A stretch of 64,000 nt of DNA, taken from positions 2,176,001-2,240,000 of the forward strand of contig OY760686.1 of NCBI GenBank assembly GCA_963663865.1, read 5' to 3'. The position numbers and the translations under genes are program-made. Below are positions 19,609-30,024 of the stretch, one piece after another; the first letter of the stretch is position 1; each line of letters begins with the position of its first letter. The notes beneath the pieces are model-generated. The model was not told where the DNA came from, did no database searches, and worked only from the letters and a program-made list of their open reading frames with translations. Origin of the DNA: Spirochaetota bacterium. Lineage in GTDB: Bacteria > Spirochaetota > UBA4802 > UBA5550.

Positions 19609-21245
19609 TATTCAGTCCGCGGAGTCAGCATGAGAGGAGCGCTCTGAGCCGGAATTATCTCTCCTGAAAAGACACCGGCAGCAGCCCTCATTGACTCAGC
19701 CGTTGTTGAAAAAGTATAAAGGACGGTAATACCATCAAGCGCCGCGGCCACTGGGAAGGGGTTCCCTGTCGAAATGACAACCGGCTCGCAACCAGCGTTT
19801 TCCAACTCGCCGGCAGCCTTTCGGAGGGCTCTGATGCTGAACGACTCAGCGTGCAGAACAACAAGCGCCCCCTTCACGCTTCCCGCCTCTTTCATAGCCG
19901 AGGTGAGAGTTTCGTGAACCATACTTCCAGTCCTGTTCTTTATTTCTTCAGCAAGAGCTTTACTCCGCGAGACGAATATCTTTCGAAAATCCTTGCTTTT
20001 AAGCTTTGACGCGTCCCCAACGCAGAGCAGACCTTTTTCTGAAAGCTCCCTGTTTACCGATGCCGCCTTTTTCAGCAGAGAGGCCCCCTCTTCGCCGGGG
20101 TTGTATTCAGCCGACACGAATTCCCTGCCGTTTCTTTTCATGATGCCCCGGGTAAGCTTGAGTGACATTACCCTCTTCACCGATTCATTTATCCTCATCT
20201 CCGTGAGCCGGCCTGCCCTGTAAGCGTTCATAAGGGCGTCTCGAATTTTGCGGATATTCTTCCCGTATGAGCTTATCAGCACAATGTCCGCTCCCGCTTC
20301 TACAGACCTCATCGCGGCTTCACCGATATCGATCCGCTTCGAGACAGCGTTCATCTCCATGTCGTCGGTCATTACTATTCCCCTGAAGTTCATCCGCTTT
20401 CTCAAAACCTCAGTCAAAAAGAAGGGGGATATCGTAGCGGAATCCATACTGCCTACTATCTCCGGAAAGGCTATATGTGCAGTCATGACGCAATCAACCC
20501 CCGACTCCACTGCCTTTCTGAAAGGCATCAGCTCAACCTGTTCCAGGCGCTCCATCCTGTGCCTTACAACCGGCAGAGAGCGGTGAGAATCTGTATCCGT
20601 GTCGCCATGCCCCGGGAAATGTTTTGCAACGGCGGCACAGCCGGACTCCTGAAGTCCCCTTATGTAGGCGGCTCCCAGTTTTGAAACAAGAACAGGGTCC
20701 GAACCAAAGGACCTGGTGTTGATAACAGGGTTTGCCGGGTTGTTGTTTACGTCAACATCGGGAGCGAGATTCATGTTAACACCGCACATGCCGAGCTCAG
20801 TCCCGAGAATCCGTCCCCAGCTGTAAACAAGTTCCGCGTCTCCTGAAACACCCGCCGCCATATTCCCCGGGAACTGAGTAACTCCATCTTTAAGCCTGAC
20901 CACCCTGCCTCCTTCCTGGTCCATTGAAACGAAAAGAGGCAGCGATTTGGCGGCAGCTGACTGATTTTGAAGGTCTTTTATATACTGCTTAACTCCCTCC
21001 ATAGAGGAAACATTGTAGCCAAAGAGAATGACTCCACCAGGCCTGATATCATCTATGATATCAGAAGCGGCTTTGTTAATAGACTTTCCCGGAATCGATA
21101 CCATGAGCATCTGGCCAACTTTTTCCTCGACGCTCAGGCTGCTTATTTCATCCTCTGAGCACTCAACAGCAAGTGACTTCCTGCCGCATGAGAGCAGAAG
21201 GCTGAAACAGGCTATTAAAAGTATCGCAAAAAGGCGTTTTTCCAT
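19608..21245 (-). CDS. nagZ: GH3 beta-N-acetylhexosaminidase, lipoprotein
   Basis: DQEGGRV, KHFPGHGDTDTDSH and TDDMEM motifs; lipobox LLSC after start MEKRL. Confidence 0.88.
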   Translation of the reverse strand: MEKRLFAILLIACFSLLLSCGRKSLAVECSEDEISSLSVEEKVGQMLMVSIPGKSINKAASDIIDDIRPGGVILFGYNVSSMEGVKQYIKDLQNQSAAAKSLPLFVSMDQEGGRVVRLKDGVTQFPGNMAAGVSGDAELVYSWGRILGTELGMCGVNMNLAPDVDVNNNPANPVINTRSFGSDPVLVSKLGAAYIRGLQESGCAAVAKHFPGHGDTDTDSHRSLPVVRHRMERLEQVELMPFRKAVESGVDCVMTAHIAFPEIVGSMDSATISPFFLTEVLRKRMNFRGIVMTDDMEMNAVSKRIDIGEAAMRSVEAGADIVLISSYGKNIRKIRDALMNAYRAGRLTEMRINESVKRVMSLKLTRGIMKRNGREFVSAEYNPGEEGASLLKKAASVNRELSEKGLLCVGDASKLKSKDFRKIFVSRSKALAEEIKNRTGSMVHETLTSAMKEAGSVKGALVVLHAESFSIRALRKAAGELENAGCEPVVISTGNPFPVAAALDGITVLYTFSTTAESMRAAAGVFSGEIIPAQSAPLMLTPRTE

Positions 21246-21523
21246 ATAATTCCTCTGATATTTTGAAAATAATTTCCCTAAATCAGGACTTTTAAAAGAA
21301 AATTTTAGAGCCAACCTGTACTATATCAGGTCTGACTGATCTAATCGTATTATTATCACTTTTAAGACAGATTGAGCACAAGACCTTTTTGAAGTAAAAT
21401 TAATTTAATTATTGCTTTTTATGTCATATGGTGACAGACAAAGAATAAAGAGATGTTTTCGACGTTGCGGCTCAAGCTTATATTAACATTTTTGTTAAGC
21501 TGTTTACTTTCTCCTGACGAGTA

Positions 21524-22141
21524 ATGAAGAATTTGAATGAACCTGCGGATATGACCATTAAAAAAAAAGAAATTACCTTTCTGGACAGCTTTGAAGCTGA
21601 TGTATCGGTTGTTCCCGTAATAATTGACACACTCATCGGCCACCTCAGGGACCAGCGCTATCCTCAGCCTGACATAGATGAAATAGTCCTGTCTATGGAC
21701 GAATCTGTAACAAATGCCATACAGGGCACAATTAAAAAAAACCGCTCAATGGGCTTCTCCGGAGGCATGAAAGAGATAACAATAAGATACACTATCAGCA
21801 GCGACGAGTTTCACGCGACAGTCATCGACCATGGAAGCGGCCTGGACCTTTTCAACAAGCTCGAAGAGGTGCCTGACATGAATTCAGACAGCTACCATAA
21901 CCAGGTAATCCTATACGCCTCTGATTCAGAGAAAAATAAAATAAGGGTAACAGTCAACGGTGAGGAGATACCGCTTAAGGGGATCGGAGCCGGCCTCAAA
22001 ATCATTCTGCACTTTATGGATTCGGTCACGATTGATCTCATAGACAGAAAACACATGATTTCACCAATGGTGTCCGAAACCACGGACGGTACCATCCTCA
22101 ACATGAAAAGATGCCCAAGATACAGGGAAACACGAAGATGA
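21524..22141 (+). CDS. RsbW/SpoIIAB-like ATP-binding anti-sigma factor kinase
   Basis: DESVTNAI N-box, DHGSG, GAGLKII...FMD and GT motifs. Confidence 0.8.
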   Translation: MKNLNEPADMTIKKKEITFLDSFEADVSVVPVIIDTLIGHLRDQRYPQPDIDEIVLSMDESVTNAIQGTIKKNRSMGFSGGMKEITIRYTISSDEFHATVIDHGSGLDLFNKLEEVPDMNSDSYHNQVILYASDSEKNKIRVTVNGEEIPLKGIGAGLKIILHFMDSVTIDLIDRKHMISPMVSETTDGTILNMKRCPRYRETRR

Positions 22142-22875
22142 AAACAGAACCCAGACTGGCATATGAAAATGAAGAGTTTCTGCACTCAAGAGAAGCAAGA
22201 CCTCTGCGGATACTGAGCGAATATCTTGACGCCGAAAAGCGCTTCAACCGCATGAACGTCATGCATACAGTCGTATTTTTCGGCTCGGCGCGTACGGCCC
22301 CCGGAAGTCCCTGGTACAGCGCAGCCGAAGAATTCGCTTTTCGGCTGACCGCGCTAAGCCGGGAGATTGAGAAAGTGAGCGGCCATGGATTTTACATCTG
22401 CACCGGAGGCGGCCCCGGCATCATGGAAGCCGCTAACAGGGGCGCGTCAAGGGGCGGCGCGGAAACAATCGGACTCAACATAGAGCTGCCCTTCGAGCAG
22501 GGAAGCAATCCGTACATAACCGATGACCTGAACTTTCAGTTCAACTACTTCTTCATGCGAAAATACTGGTTCCTCTACCACGCGAAGGCCGTTGTAGTTT
22601 TCCCCGGCGGTTTTGGAACCCTCGATGAACTCTTTGAAACGCTCACCCTTGCCCAGACCCACAAGCTGCTAAAAAAGGATCTTCCTGTACTTCTCTACGA
22701 TGAAAGTTTCTGGAAAAGACTCGTCAACTTTGATACCCTGGTCGAAGAAGGGCTGATATCTCCTGAAGACCTGGGGCTCGTCCGCTTTTTTCAGGATCCT
22801 GAAGAGGGCATTGAACTCATACGCCCGGGCCTTACTAAGCTTATAAGCCATATTGCATACTATCACGGTATATAG
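22138..22875 (+). CDS. LOG family (TIGR00730-like) nucleotide monophosphate nucleosidase
   Basis: FFGSAR, TGGGPGIMEAAN, LPFEQ, FFMRK and PGGFGTLDE motifs; ATGA overlap with the upstream gene. Confidence 0.93.
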   Translation: MKTEPRLAYENEEFLHSREARPLRILSEYLDAEKRFNRMNVMHTVVFFGSARTAPGSPWYSAAEEFAFRLTALSREIEKVSGHGFYICTGGGPGIMEAANRGASRGGAETIGLNIELPFEQGSNPYITDDLNFQFNYFFMRKYWFLYHAKAVVVFPGGFGTLDELFETLTLAQTHKLLKKDLPVLLYDESFWKRLVNFDTLVEEGLISPEDLGLVRFFQDPEEGIELIRPGLTKLISHIAYYHGI

Positions 22876-22877
22876 CT

Positions 22878-23456
22878 ATGTTCATGCCGGAACAAAAAAA
22901 GAGATCCTGCCATGCAGTCATAATGCTGATACTCCTGACAGCATCGGTATCGAATATTTATCCGGATGAGAAGTACAGTCGAATAGGCATTGGTGAGTTT
23001 GGAATCTCGTTCCTTGCTCCGGAATCATTTTCCCGCACAGAATCGGCAACCTCATACCGCTGCGTAATAGTCATGAACGGCCCCGGCAGCGCCAGAATTA
23101 CAATCTACACGGCGCTGCGCGATGACGAAGAGACACGCCGATGGGCCAGTTTCAAAGAGTGGTACTTCAAAGACAGGCCTCGCCCCGTCAGGTCGATTCT
23201 TGGCGTGCGGGAGGCCAATGTATTCTCCGGCCAGAAGGGCGATATTCACATATATGAGTCAGGACGCGGGAAAAACAGGCTCATATCAAGACTGATGATA
23301 ATTACAGGCGACAGACATGTAACTTCAGTTGAGTGCACAGCGCCTACAAAAGGATTCTATCAAAACACCGAAATATTCAACACGGTCATGGCAAGCATTA
23401 TACCTGAAGGAATTCAGAGAAATAAAAATCAAGGGTTGGATGAGGACTTACATTAG
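22878..23456 (+). CDS. Exported hypothetical protein (possible PsbP/DcrB-like fold)
   Basis: Hydrophobic N-terminus, GISFLAPESF and C-terminal FNTVMASI pattern. Confidence 0.6.
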   Translation: MFMPEQKKRSCHAVIMLILLTASVSNIYPDEKYSRIGIGEFGISFLAPESFSRTESATSYRCVIVMNGPGSARITIYTALRDDEETRRWASFKEWYFKDRPRPVRSILGVREANVFSGQKGDIHIYESGRGKNRLISRLMIITGDRHVTSVECTAPTKGFYQNTEIFNTVMASIIPEGIQRNKNQGLDEDLH

Positions 23457-23464
23457 AAAGTATG

Positions 23465-23549
23465 TGCCCAGGGAGGGAATCGAACCCTCACGGACACAAG
23501 GTCCAAGGGATTTTAAGTCCCTTGTGTCTACCAATTCCACCACCTGGGC
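23465..23549 (-). tRNA. tRNA-Leu (TAA)
   Basis: Reverse complement GCCCAGGTGGTGGAATTGGTAGACACAAGGGACTTAAAATCCCTT...GGTTCGATTCCCTCCCTGGGCA. Confidence 0.97.
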
Positions 23550-23560
23550 AAAAAAAAATG

Positions 23561-23632
23561 AGGCGCCGAGCGGATTCGAACCGCTGCATGAAGGCTTTGC
23601 AGGCCTCTCCCTTACCGCTTGGGTACGGCGCC
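23561..23632 (-). tRNA. tRNA-Cys (GCA)
   Basis: Reverse complement GGCGCCGTACCCAAGCGGTAAGGGAGAGGCCTGCAAAGCCTTCATGCAGCGGTTCGAATCCGCTCGGCGCCT. Confidence 0.96.
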
Positions 23633-23734
23633 GTTGAAGTATAGGTATCCATATATTTTACGGGCCTGTATTGTCAACTCAAATAATTATTAGACTATAC
23701 AAACAGTGTACATTCGCTGAAGAAGGAGAGATTG

Positions 23735-24940
23735 ATGAATAACGCAATGATTGTAACATACCTTCGAACACCCGTATGCCGTAAAGATAAAGGCGCGCTG
23801 GCAACAACCAGACCGGAAGATCTGATATCGCATGTCATGAAGAGCACATTGAACAAATCAGGCCTTCCTGCGGATAAGCTTGACGACGTAATGATAGGCT
23901 GCGCCTTCCCCGAAGCGGAACAGGGCTCGAACATAGGGCGCATGGCAGTACATCTCGCGGGCTTTCCTGACACTGTACCGGGCGCTACCATCAACAGACT
24001 TTGCGCCTCCGGACTCGAGGCGGCAGCAATCTGCTCCATGCGCATAATGTCAGGCTGGTCTGAAGCGTCCATCGCTGGAGGGGTTGAATCTATGAGCCAT
24101 GTTCCCATGTGGGGGAACCGGCACTCTCCCCATCCGGTTCTGCAGTCTGAACGCCCTGACGTCTACACCCCGATGGGCATTACCGCCGAAAATATAGCCG
24201 CCAGATATAACATAAGCAGGGACGACCAGGACATATTCGCCTACAACTCGCACATGAAGGCCGCGAAAGCCCGTGAAGAATCCCTGTTCACAGAGATTGA
24301 TCCCTTTCCGGTCATAACAACCTTTCACAACCCTGACGGCAACTATACGACTGAAACCAGGCTTCAGACTTTCGACGACGGCATCAGGGCGGACACCAAT
24401 CTGGAAAAGCTGAGCACTCTGAAGCCGGCCTTCCTGGAGAACGGCACCGTAACAGCCGGAAACAGCTCGCAGATGAGCGACGGAGCCGCCGCGATCCTGT
24501 TTGCTTCAGAAAAAACCTGCTCCGAATACGCCCTGAAGCCGGCTGCTCAGTTCATGCACTATTCAACGGCGGGTTGCAGGCCCGACGAAATGGGAGCCGG
24601 GCCTGTATACGCAGTCAGAAAGCTCCTCAAGGAAACTTCTTTAAAGCCTGAGGATATTGACCTCTGGGAAATCAACGAGGCTTTCGCTTCCCAGGCGATT
24701 TACTGCGCGCGAGAGCTCGGTATCGGCGACGAAAAGTACTGGGAAGCCGGAAGCCCGTCTCTAAAGCTCAATATCAACGGAGGTGCGATAGCCATAGGTC
24801 ATCCGTTAGGCTGTTCAGGTGCGCGAATCACAGCCTCGCTCGTCAACTCAATGGTGGAGAGAGGCTCCAGATACGGCATTGCTGCCCTGTGTATCGGCGG
24901 AGGCATGGGGGCCGCAGCACTTATCAGGCTTGCGGAATGA
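23735..24940 (+). CDS. Thiolase (acetyl-CoA C-acyltransferase)
   Basis: NRLCASG, NEAFA, GAIAIGHPLG and CIGGGMG motifs. Confidence 0.96.
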   Translation: MNNAMIVTYLRTPVCRKDKGALATTRPEDLISHVMKSTLNKSGLPADKLDDVMIGCAFPEAEQGSNIGRMAVHLAGFPDTVPGATINRLCASGLEAAAICSMRIMSGWSEASIAGGVESMSHVPMWGNRHSPHPVLQSERPDVYTPMGITAENIAARYNISRDDQDIFAYNSHMKAAKAREESLFTEIDPFPVITTFHNPDGNYTTETRLQTFDDGIRADTNLEKLSTLKPAFLENGTVTAGNSSQMSDGAAAILFASEKTCSEYALKPAAQFMHYSTAGCRPDEMGAGPVYAVRKLLKETSLKPEDIDLWEINEAFASQAIYCARELGIGDEKYWEAGSPSLKLNINGGAIAIGHPLGCSGARITASLVNSMVERGSRYGIAALCIGGGMGAAALIRLAE

Positions 24941-25124
24941 AGTTCTCTACAGAAAGTCTGTTATTTTTCCGATAATGACATATAGCATTGGTTTTTATTT
25001 AGTGGAGTGGTCTAATAAAAACAGACTGGACTATGCCGGACTTGATTTCTCAGCAGCACATTTCCAGTTAATTCAGAAATTGTGACGCTGATGCGGCACA
25101 ATAAAAGTTGACGGAGTAACCAAT

Positions 25125-25271
25125 ATGCCAAAACTAACTGAAGGAAGCAGCGTAAGGCAGAGACAGATAGACTGCTTCAGAAAATATCTCGCGACCTTTA
25201 ACACCGGCAGCCCGCAGTACAGGCGAATTCTTGAAGGTATCGAGCAGTTGGAACGAATTTCCGCGGGTTGA
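25125..25271 (+). CDS. Small hypothetical protein (48 aa)
   Basis: Below the ORF-track cutoff: MPKLTEGSSVRQRQIDCFRKYLATFNTGSPQYRRILEGIEQLERISAG, with GGAG upstream and 7 nt to the next start. Confidence 0.55.
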   Translation: MPKLTEGSSVRQRQIDCFRKYLATFNTGSPQYRRILEGIEQLERISAG

Positions 25272-25278
25272 TTTGATA

Positions 25279-25884
25279 ATGAGTGATGATAAGAGTTTCA
25301 GAGACAGGATTCTTGACAGAGTATATGGAAACACCAGAGACACCAGAAAATCCGGGAAAAAAAAGTACTCAAAAATCGTCCTGTTGATTGACATTGCGCT
25401 GCTTGCCGTGATCTTTATGCTCTACTACAATAGAGATGACGACAGCATATATGAATCATCTGTCGTAAACTACGGCGATGTAAAAATCCGCTTCTCCGCG
25501 GCATCGGAACACGATGAAAAATCGGTTATCTACACCCTTTCGATGAAGTCTTCCTCCAAAGTGCCTCTCACGTTGAGGTTCCCCGGTGAAGTCGGAAAAA
25601 TCTGCATCCGCACAGGCGAAACAGATGTCGACTGTATCGGTTTAGGCGAAGGGGTTGACAGCATTACACTGCAGCCGGATACTCCGAAGACCTTCGCCGC
25701 CCAGTTCAATATTTCAAGCCTGCGAAGGGCCTTCAGACTGACATCGGAATACAAGCCTCCAAAACCCAGTCTGTTCTCGCCCGCAGAAACTACCGCGGCA
25801 ATCGTATCAACGGCTTCGATCAACCTCGAACCACGTATTGAAACATCCATTACTTACAGAATTGGAGTTCCTTATGAAAAATAG
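25279..25884 (+). CDS. Single-pass membrane hypothetical protein
   Basis: Basic N-terminus, one TM helix ([18 protein letters not shown]) and a beta-rich C-terminal domain. Confidence 0.7.
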   Translation: MSDDKSFRDRILDRVYGNTRDTRKSGKKKYSKIVLLIDIALLAVIFMLYYNRDDDSIYESSVVNYGDVKIRFSAASEHDEKSVIYTLSMKSSSKVPLTLRFPGEVGKICIRTGETDVDCIGLGEGVDSITLQPDTPKTFAAQFNISSLRRAFRLTSEYKPPKPSLFSPAETTAAIVSTASINLEPRIETSITYRIGVPYEK

Positions 25885-26341
25885 GCCCGGATGGGACGAA
25901 TACTTTATGAAGATTGCGCATGATGTTGCTACCAGGTCGACCTGTATTAGACGTAATGTCGGGGCCGTCATTATCAGGGATAAGCGCATTCTTTCCACCG
26001 GTTATAACGGCCCTCCAACTGGAATCTCACACTGCACTCCTGAAACCTGTCTCAGGACAAAGTTCAATGTTCCATCAGGAGAAAAGCATGAGCTGTGCCG
26101 GGGGCTTCATGCTGAGCAGAATGCAATTATTCAAGCCGCCTATCACGGCGTTCAGATTAAGGGCGGAACGATATACGTGACACATCAGCCGTGTTCCATC
26201 TGTACAAAGATGCTGATCAACAGCGGAATTGTCCGGTTTATTTTCCGCCACCCCTACTCCGACCCTCTCGCGATTGAGATGTCCGAGGAAGCCGGAATCG
26301 AACTCGTAAAATTTGATTCAGATGAAAACAACATTAAATAG
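25874..26341 (+). CDS. dCMP deaminase / ComEB-family zinc deaminase
   Basis: [20 protein letters not shown] and PCSIC motifs. Confidence 0.94.
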   Translation: MKNRPGWDEYFMKIAHDVATRSTCIRRNVGAVIIRDKRILSTGYNGPPTGISHCTPETCLRTKFNVPSGEKHELCRGLHAEQNAIIQAAYHGVQIKGGTIYVTHQPCSICTKMLINSGIVRFIFRHPYSDPLAIEMSEEAGIELVKFDSDENNIK

Positions 26342-26416
26342 ACACGAACCAGATTTATTTTTGTATCTTGAAGCAGTAACTATTGAGTTATTAAGGATAT
26401 TAACGCGGAGTTTTTG

Positions 26417-27127
26417 ATGAGACTATTCACTGCATGCACCGCCCTGTTATTATCGTTTTTTATGACTTTCAGCGCGGCTGTCCTGTCGCAGGAAAACCGT
26501 GATGACCCTTTCAAAAGAGGGGCGGCATATTTCTTTCAGAAAAAATATGAGATGGCCGAGGTTCTTCTTCAGGAAGCGCTGAAGAAAGATCCTGAGAACT
26601 GGCGTATTTACGCCTATCTTGGCGATATCTTTCTGACAAAGAAACGCTATGACGCAGCAATGAACATGTATTTAAAAACAGTGGATATTGCTCCATCAGT
26701 CGCTGAAAACTATTTCAGACTCGGCCAGGTGTATTACTATAAAAAAATGGGGGATGAAGCCGTCCGGAATTTCAAGCTCGCTGAAGGGCTTGACCCGACC
26801 ATGAAGTTTGCAGCTTACCACACCGGCCTCACCTATCTCATGCTTCTGCGCGACAAACAGAATACTATCAGCAGCTGGGAAAGGTTTCTACAATTGGCTC
26901 CGGAGGATCCCCAATATGACAGCATCAAACGTGTTGTAGAGCTTCTAAAAAACCCGGATTTCGTAATACCCCCGCAGGGCAGTGAGATTACAATAGAGGA
27001 AGCGCTGCTTCTGGGTGGCGCTGCCTTAACGACTGCCGAAAGGAAGGCCGCTGACAGGAAAGCGGGAGCTGAGACAAAAAAAACCAAAAACACCGTCGAA
27101 GGGCTGTATCTTGACGACGAACTGTAA
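26417..27127 (+). CDS. Exported tetratricopeptide repeat protein
   Basis: Signal peptide followed by about 4 TPR units (YAYLGDIF, YFRLGQVY). Confidence 0.85.
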   Translation: MRLFTACTALLLSFFMTFSAAVLSQENRDDPFKRGAAYFFQKKYEMAEVLLQEALKKDPENWRIYAYLGDIFLTKKRYDAAMNMYLKTVDIAPSVAENYFRLGQVYYYKKMGDEAVRNFKLAEGLDPTMKFAAYHTGLTYLMLLRDKQNTISSWERFLQLAPEDPQYDSIKRVVELLKNPDFVIPPQGSEITIEEALLLGGAALTTAERKAADRKAGAETKKTKNTVEGLYLDDEL

Positions 27128-27142
27128 TCAGGGAGGAAATAC

Positions 27143-29515
27143 ATGTTCAACGATATAGACATACGCAAGGCGGGCGCTGCCGTTCTTGCGATTATCCTGC
27201 TCATTGGAGTTTACTTTTTTTTCAGCGGAGACCCATCCACGGAAATAGAGGATCTTCGATACCGCAAGATCAAACTATACCAGGAGATACTTTACGCTGA
27301 TCCGGCCGACACCAATACGCTTTTTCAGCTCGGAATGCTTTACAAGCAGGTCGGAGAATACAGCAATGCGGCTGAGCAATTTGAAAAAATCCTGAAACTT
27401 GATCCGGAAAATTACGCGGCGCTTAACGAACTTGGACATACCTACGCGCTTATGGGTAAATACGATAAAGCCATAAAACTGTTCGAAAAAGCAAAAAAGA
27501 CCAGACCGAAACTCCCCACCGCATACAACAGGCTGGGAAACGTTTACGATGATCAGCTGAAATACGCGCAGGCCATGAAGGAGTATAACCTCGCGATGAA
27601 AAACGCCCCCGCTGATCAGGAAAGCTACAGGAACATGGCTGAATCGAAGTACAGAGCCGGCGACATAAAGGGCGCCATAAGGATGCTTGAAAAAGGCATA
27701 AAAGCCGCCGACAAAAATCCAGAGGGATACTACAATCTCGGCATGATGAGAATGAAGCAGAAGAACTACCGCTCTGCCCTCAACAATTTTAACCGTGCAA
27801 TTTCCATAAAACCCGATGAATCCAGATATCACGCGGCAAAAGCAGAAGCTCTTCTCAAGCTGGGCCGCACATCTGAAGCGCTCGCCGCTCTTATTAAAGC
27901 CGTTGAGCTTGACCGGACCAACGCAGGCGCTGCAGAATCCGCGGGCGACATACTCCTCTCCAGATCAGAATACGGACCTGCAGAAAAATACTACAAAAAA
28001 GCCCTGCAATTTAACAGCAAAGACTCAGGGCTCAGAAAAAAATATGAAAAAACAAGAAGTGCCCTCTCTGATGAGCAAGCGCGCAACGAAAAAACCGCAC
28101 AACCGGCTGCCAAACAGCTGCCTGCCGATGATCCGGAGTCTCAAGTTCCTGATGCTTCAATCGCATCAAGGGACATTTCAGAAACACCTGACAGCATGCT
28201 CAAACAGCCAAAAAAACAAAATCAGGATCCAGGGGCTGAAAAGTGGCGCGAGCTCGGCGATAGAAAGCGGATAGAAAAATCGTACAACGACTCGCTCAAG
28301 GCCTATTTAAAGGCAACAGCCATCGACAACAGCGACGATTATTCATACTACTGGCAGGGAAGAATCTACGAGCACAACAAAATGCCGGCCCAGGCAATTG
28401 AGGCCTACAGAAAGTCCCTGCTGGCAAATCCCAAAAACGCTGAAGCTCATTACAGGCTCGGGCTGATGTATTATACTGAGGGTAAATACGCTGCCGCTTC
28501 AAAATCCTTTTCATCCGCAGTAGATCACAAACCTGATTTCCCCAGGGCCTACTATTCAAGAGGCCTTTCCAATATGCAGCTGAATAGAAATTCAAACGCC
28601 GTCAGGGATTTCTCGACAGCCCTTAAACAGGACCCTTCCCTTGACAGAGCGTACTTCAACCTTGGCAATCTTTACCTCAAAAACAAAAACTACAAGGAAG
28701 CGCTTAAAAACTTCACAAAAGACCTTGAATTGAGGCCCGACAACCCTGACACAAACTTCAAGGTTGCTGAAACCTATCATGAAATGAAATCCTATTCAAG
28801 CGCGGAACAGTTTTACGATAAAGCGATCTCTCTTGACAGCCAGCACTATCAGGCTGTTTTCAATCTGGGCTTGATAAACTATACTCGAAAGCAGTATGAC
28901 AAAGCACTTCAGCAATTTCAGAGAGCGTCAGAGATCAGGGGAAACGACGCCGCGGCGTTCTATCAAACGGGAAAGGTATACGAAGCGATAAATAACGAAC
29001 AAAAGGCAATTGACGCGTATAATCAGGCGATTAAGATCAATCCCTCTTATTCAAAAGCTCATATCAACCTGGGACAAATCTACGCCAAAAACGGCCTATA
29101 CGACAGGGCAATCGAACAATACAGACAGGCAGCGCTTAACGACCCCAAGTCCTTTGACGCACACTTCAACCTCGCAAACGCTTACCGCGAATCAAAGATG
29201 TACGACAAAGCTGCTGAAGAATATCGCACATGCCTCAATCTTAATCCAGTTAATTCAAAGGTACACTTCTTTCTCGGAGTTACATACCGGGACAAGGGCG
29301 TTTACCGCGACGCCATTTCATCTTTCGAAAGAGCGGTACAGCTTGACAAGTCACTCTACTCAGCCCACGAAGAAATGGGCATGATTTACTACAGACAGCT
29401 TAAGGATAATGCAAAGGCAATCGAACACTTTGAGAAGATGCTTTCGATGAAACCGGATCATCCGAAGGCTGACAGTATACAGAGCATTATCAATCACCTG
29501 AAGGGAAACAGATGA
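27143..29515 (+). CDS. Large membrane-anchored TPR protein
   Basis: One N-terminal TM helix, then two long TPR arrays (many xxLGxxY...A...P units) split by a Pro/acidic linker. Confidence 0.9.
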   Translation: MFNDIDIRKAGAAVLAIILLIGVYFFFSGDPSTEIEDLRYRKIKLYQEILYADPADTNTLFQLGMLYKQVGEYSNAAEQFEKILKLDPENYAALNELGHTYALMGKYDKAIKLFEKAKKTRPKLPTAYNRLGNVYDDQLKYAQAMKEYNLAMKNAPADQESYRNMAESKYRAGDIKGAIRMLEKGIKAADKNPEGYYNLGMMRMKQKNYRSALNNFNRAISIKPDESRYHAAKAEALLKLGRTSEALAALIKAVELDRTNAGAAESAGDILLSRSEYGPAEKYYKKALQFNSKDSGLRKKYEKTRSALSDEQARNEKTAQPAAKQLPADDPESQVPDASIASRDISETPDSMLKQPKKQNQDPGAEKWRELGDRKRIEKSYNDSLKAYLKATAIDNSDDYSYYWQGRIYEHNKMPAQAIEAYRKSLLANPKNAEAHYRLGLMYYTEGKYAAASKSFSSAVDHKPDFPRAYYSRGLSNMQLNRNSNAVRDFSTALKQDPSLDRAYFNLGNLYLKNKNYKEALKNFTKDLELRPDNPDTNFKVAETYHEMKSYSSAEQFYDKAISLDSQHYQAVFNLGLINYTRKQYDKALQQFQRASEIRGNDAAAFYQTGKVYEAINNEQKAIDAYNQAIKINPSYSKAHINLGQIYAKNGLYDRAIEQYRQAALNDPKSFDAHFNLANAYRESKMYDKAAEEYRTCLNLNPVNSKVHFFLGVTYRDKGVYRDAISSFERAVQLDKSLYSAHEEMGMIYYRQLKDNAKAIEHFEKMLSMKPDHPKADSIQSIINHLKGNR

Positions 29516-29994
29516 CATTCAAAATCAGATATTTGTTAACGGCCGCCTGTGCGGCAATGACATTACACGCCTCCTGCACGTCCGCGATTCAAAATGCGAA
29601 TCAGCCTTTTGAAAGCCCGGCTGAGGGTTTCATTAACCCTGACTGCTTTCAGGTAATTGTTAACCAGAAGCCCTCTGCAACCGCCGAGGGCGTGGTAGGG
29701 AAACGGGAGAGCGCTTTTTTTGAAGCGAAGGCCGGTATGTACGACAGAGCAGCAGAGAGCCTTCTTGCTTACTCACGCAGCATTTTCCCTGACGGCTGTG
29801 TCAATCCGGACGAGATCACTGACAATCAGCTGAAGGACAGCCTGATCGAATATGCCCGCAGAGGTTTTATCTTTGAGGAATACTATGACAGAGACGGTTC
29901 AGTAAACCTGGTCTACAGAATAATCGCCAGATCACTACAAAACGAAATTAACAGCACAATAATTGAAATAAAGAAAAGCTATTGTTCCAGATAA
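29512..29994 (+). CDS. Hypothetical lipoprotein
   Basis: Lipobox-like HASC; ATGA overlap with the TPR gene; EGFINPDCFQVIV motif. Confidence 0.7.
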   Translation: MTFKIRYLLTAACAAMTLHASCTSAIQNANQPFESPAEGFINPDCFQVIVNQKPSATAEGVVGKRESAFFEAKAGMYDRAAESLLAYSRSIFPDGCVNPDEITDNQLKDSLIEYARRGFIFEEYYDRDGSVNLVYRIIARSLQNEINSTIIEIKKSYCSR

Positions 29995-30024
29995 GTTATT
30001 ATATCTATTAACACGGAGAATCCC

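Noticed and set aside
25138-25152. GAAGGAAGCAGC resembling the SRP RNA loop
   Set aside because: The upstream CAGG-CC half and the long flanking stem are missing; the region reads better as a small ORF.
25874-29515. dCMP deaminase plus TPR genes as an anti-phage deaminase system
   Set aside because: The deaminase is a short ComEB type without a kinase domain, in core-like composition and context.
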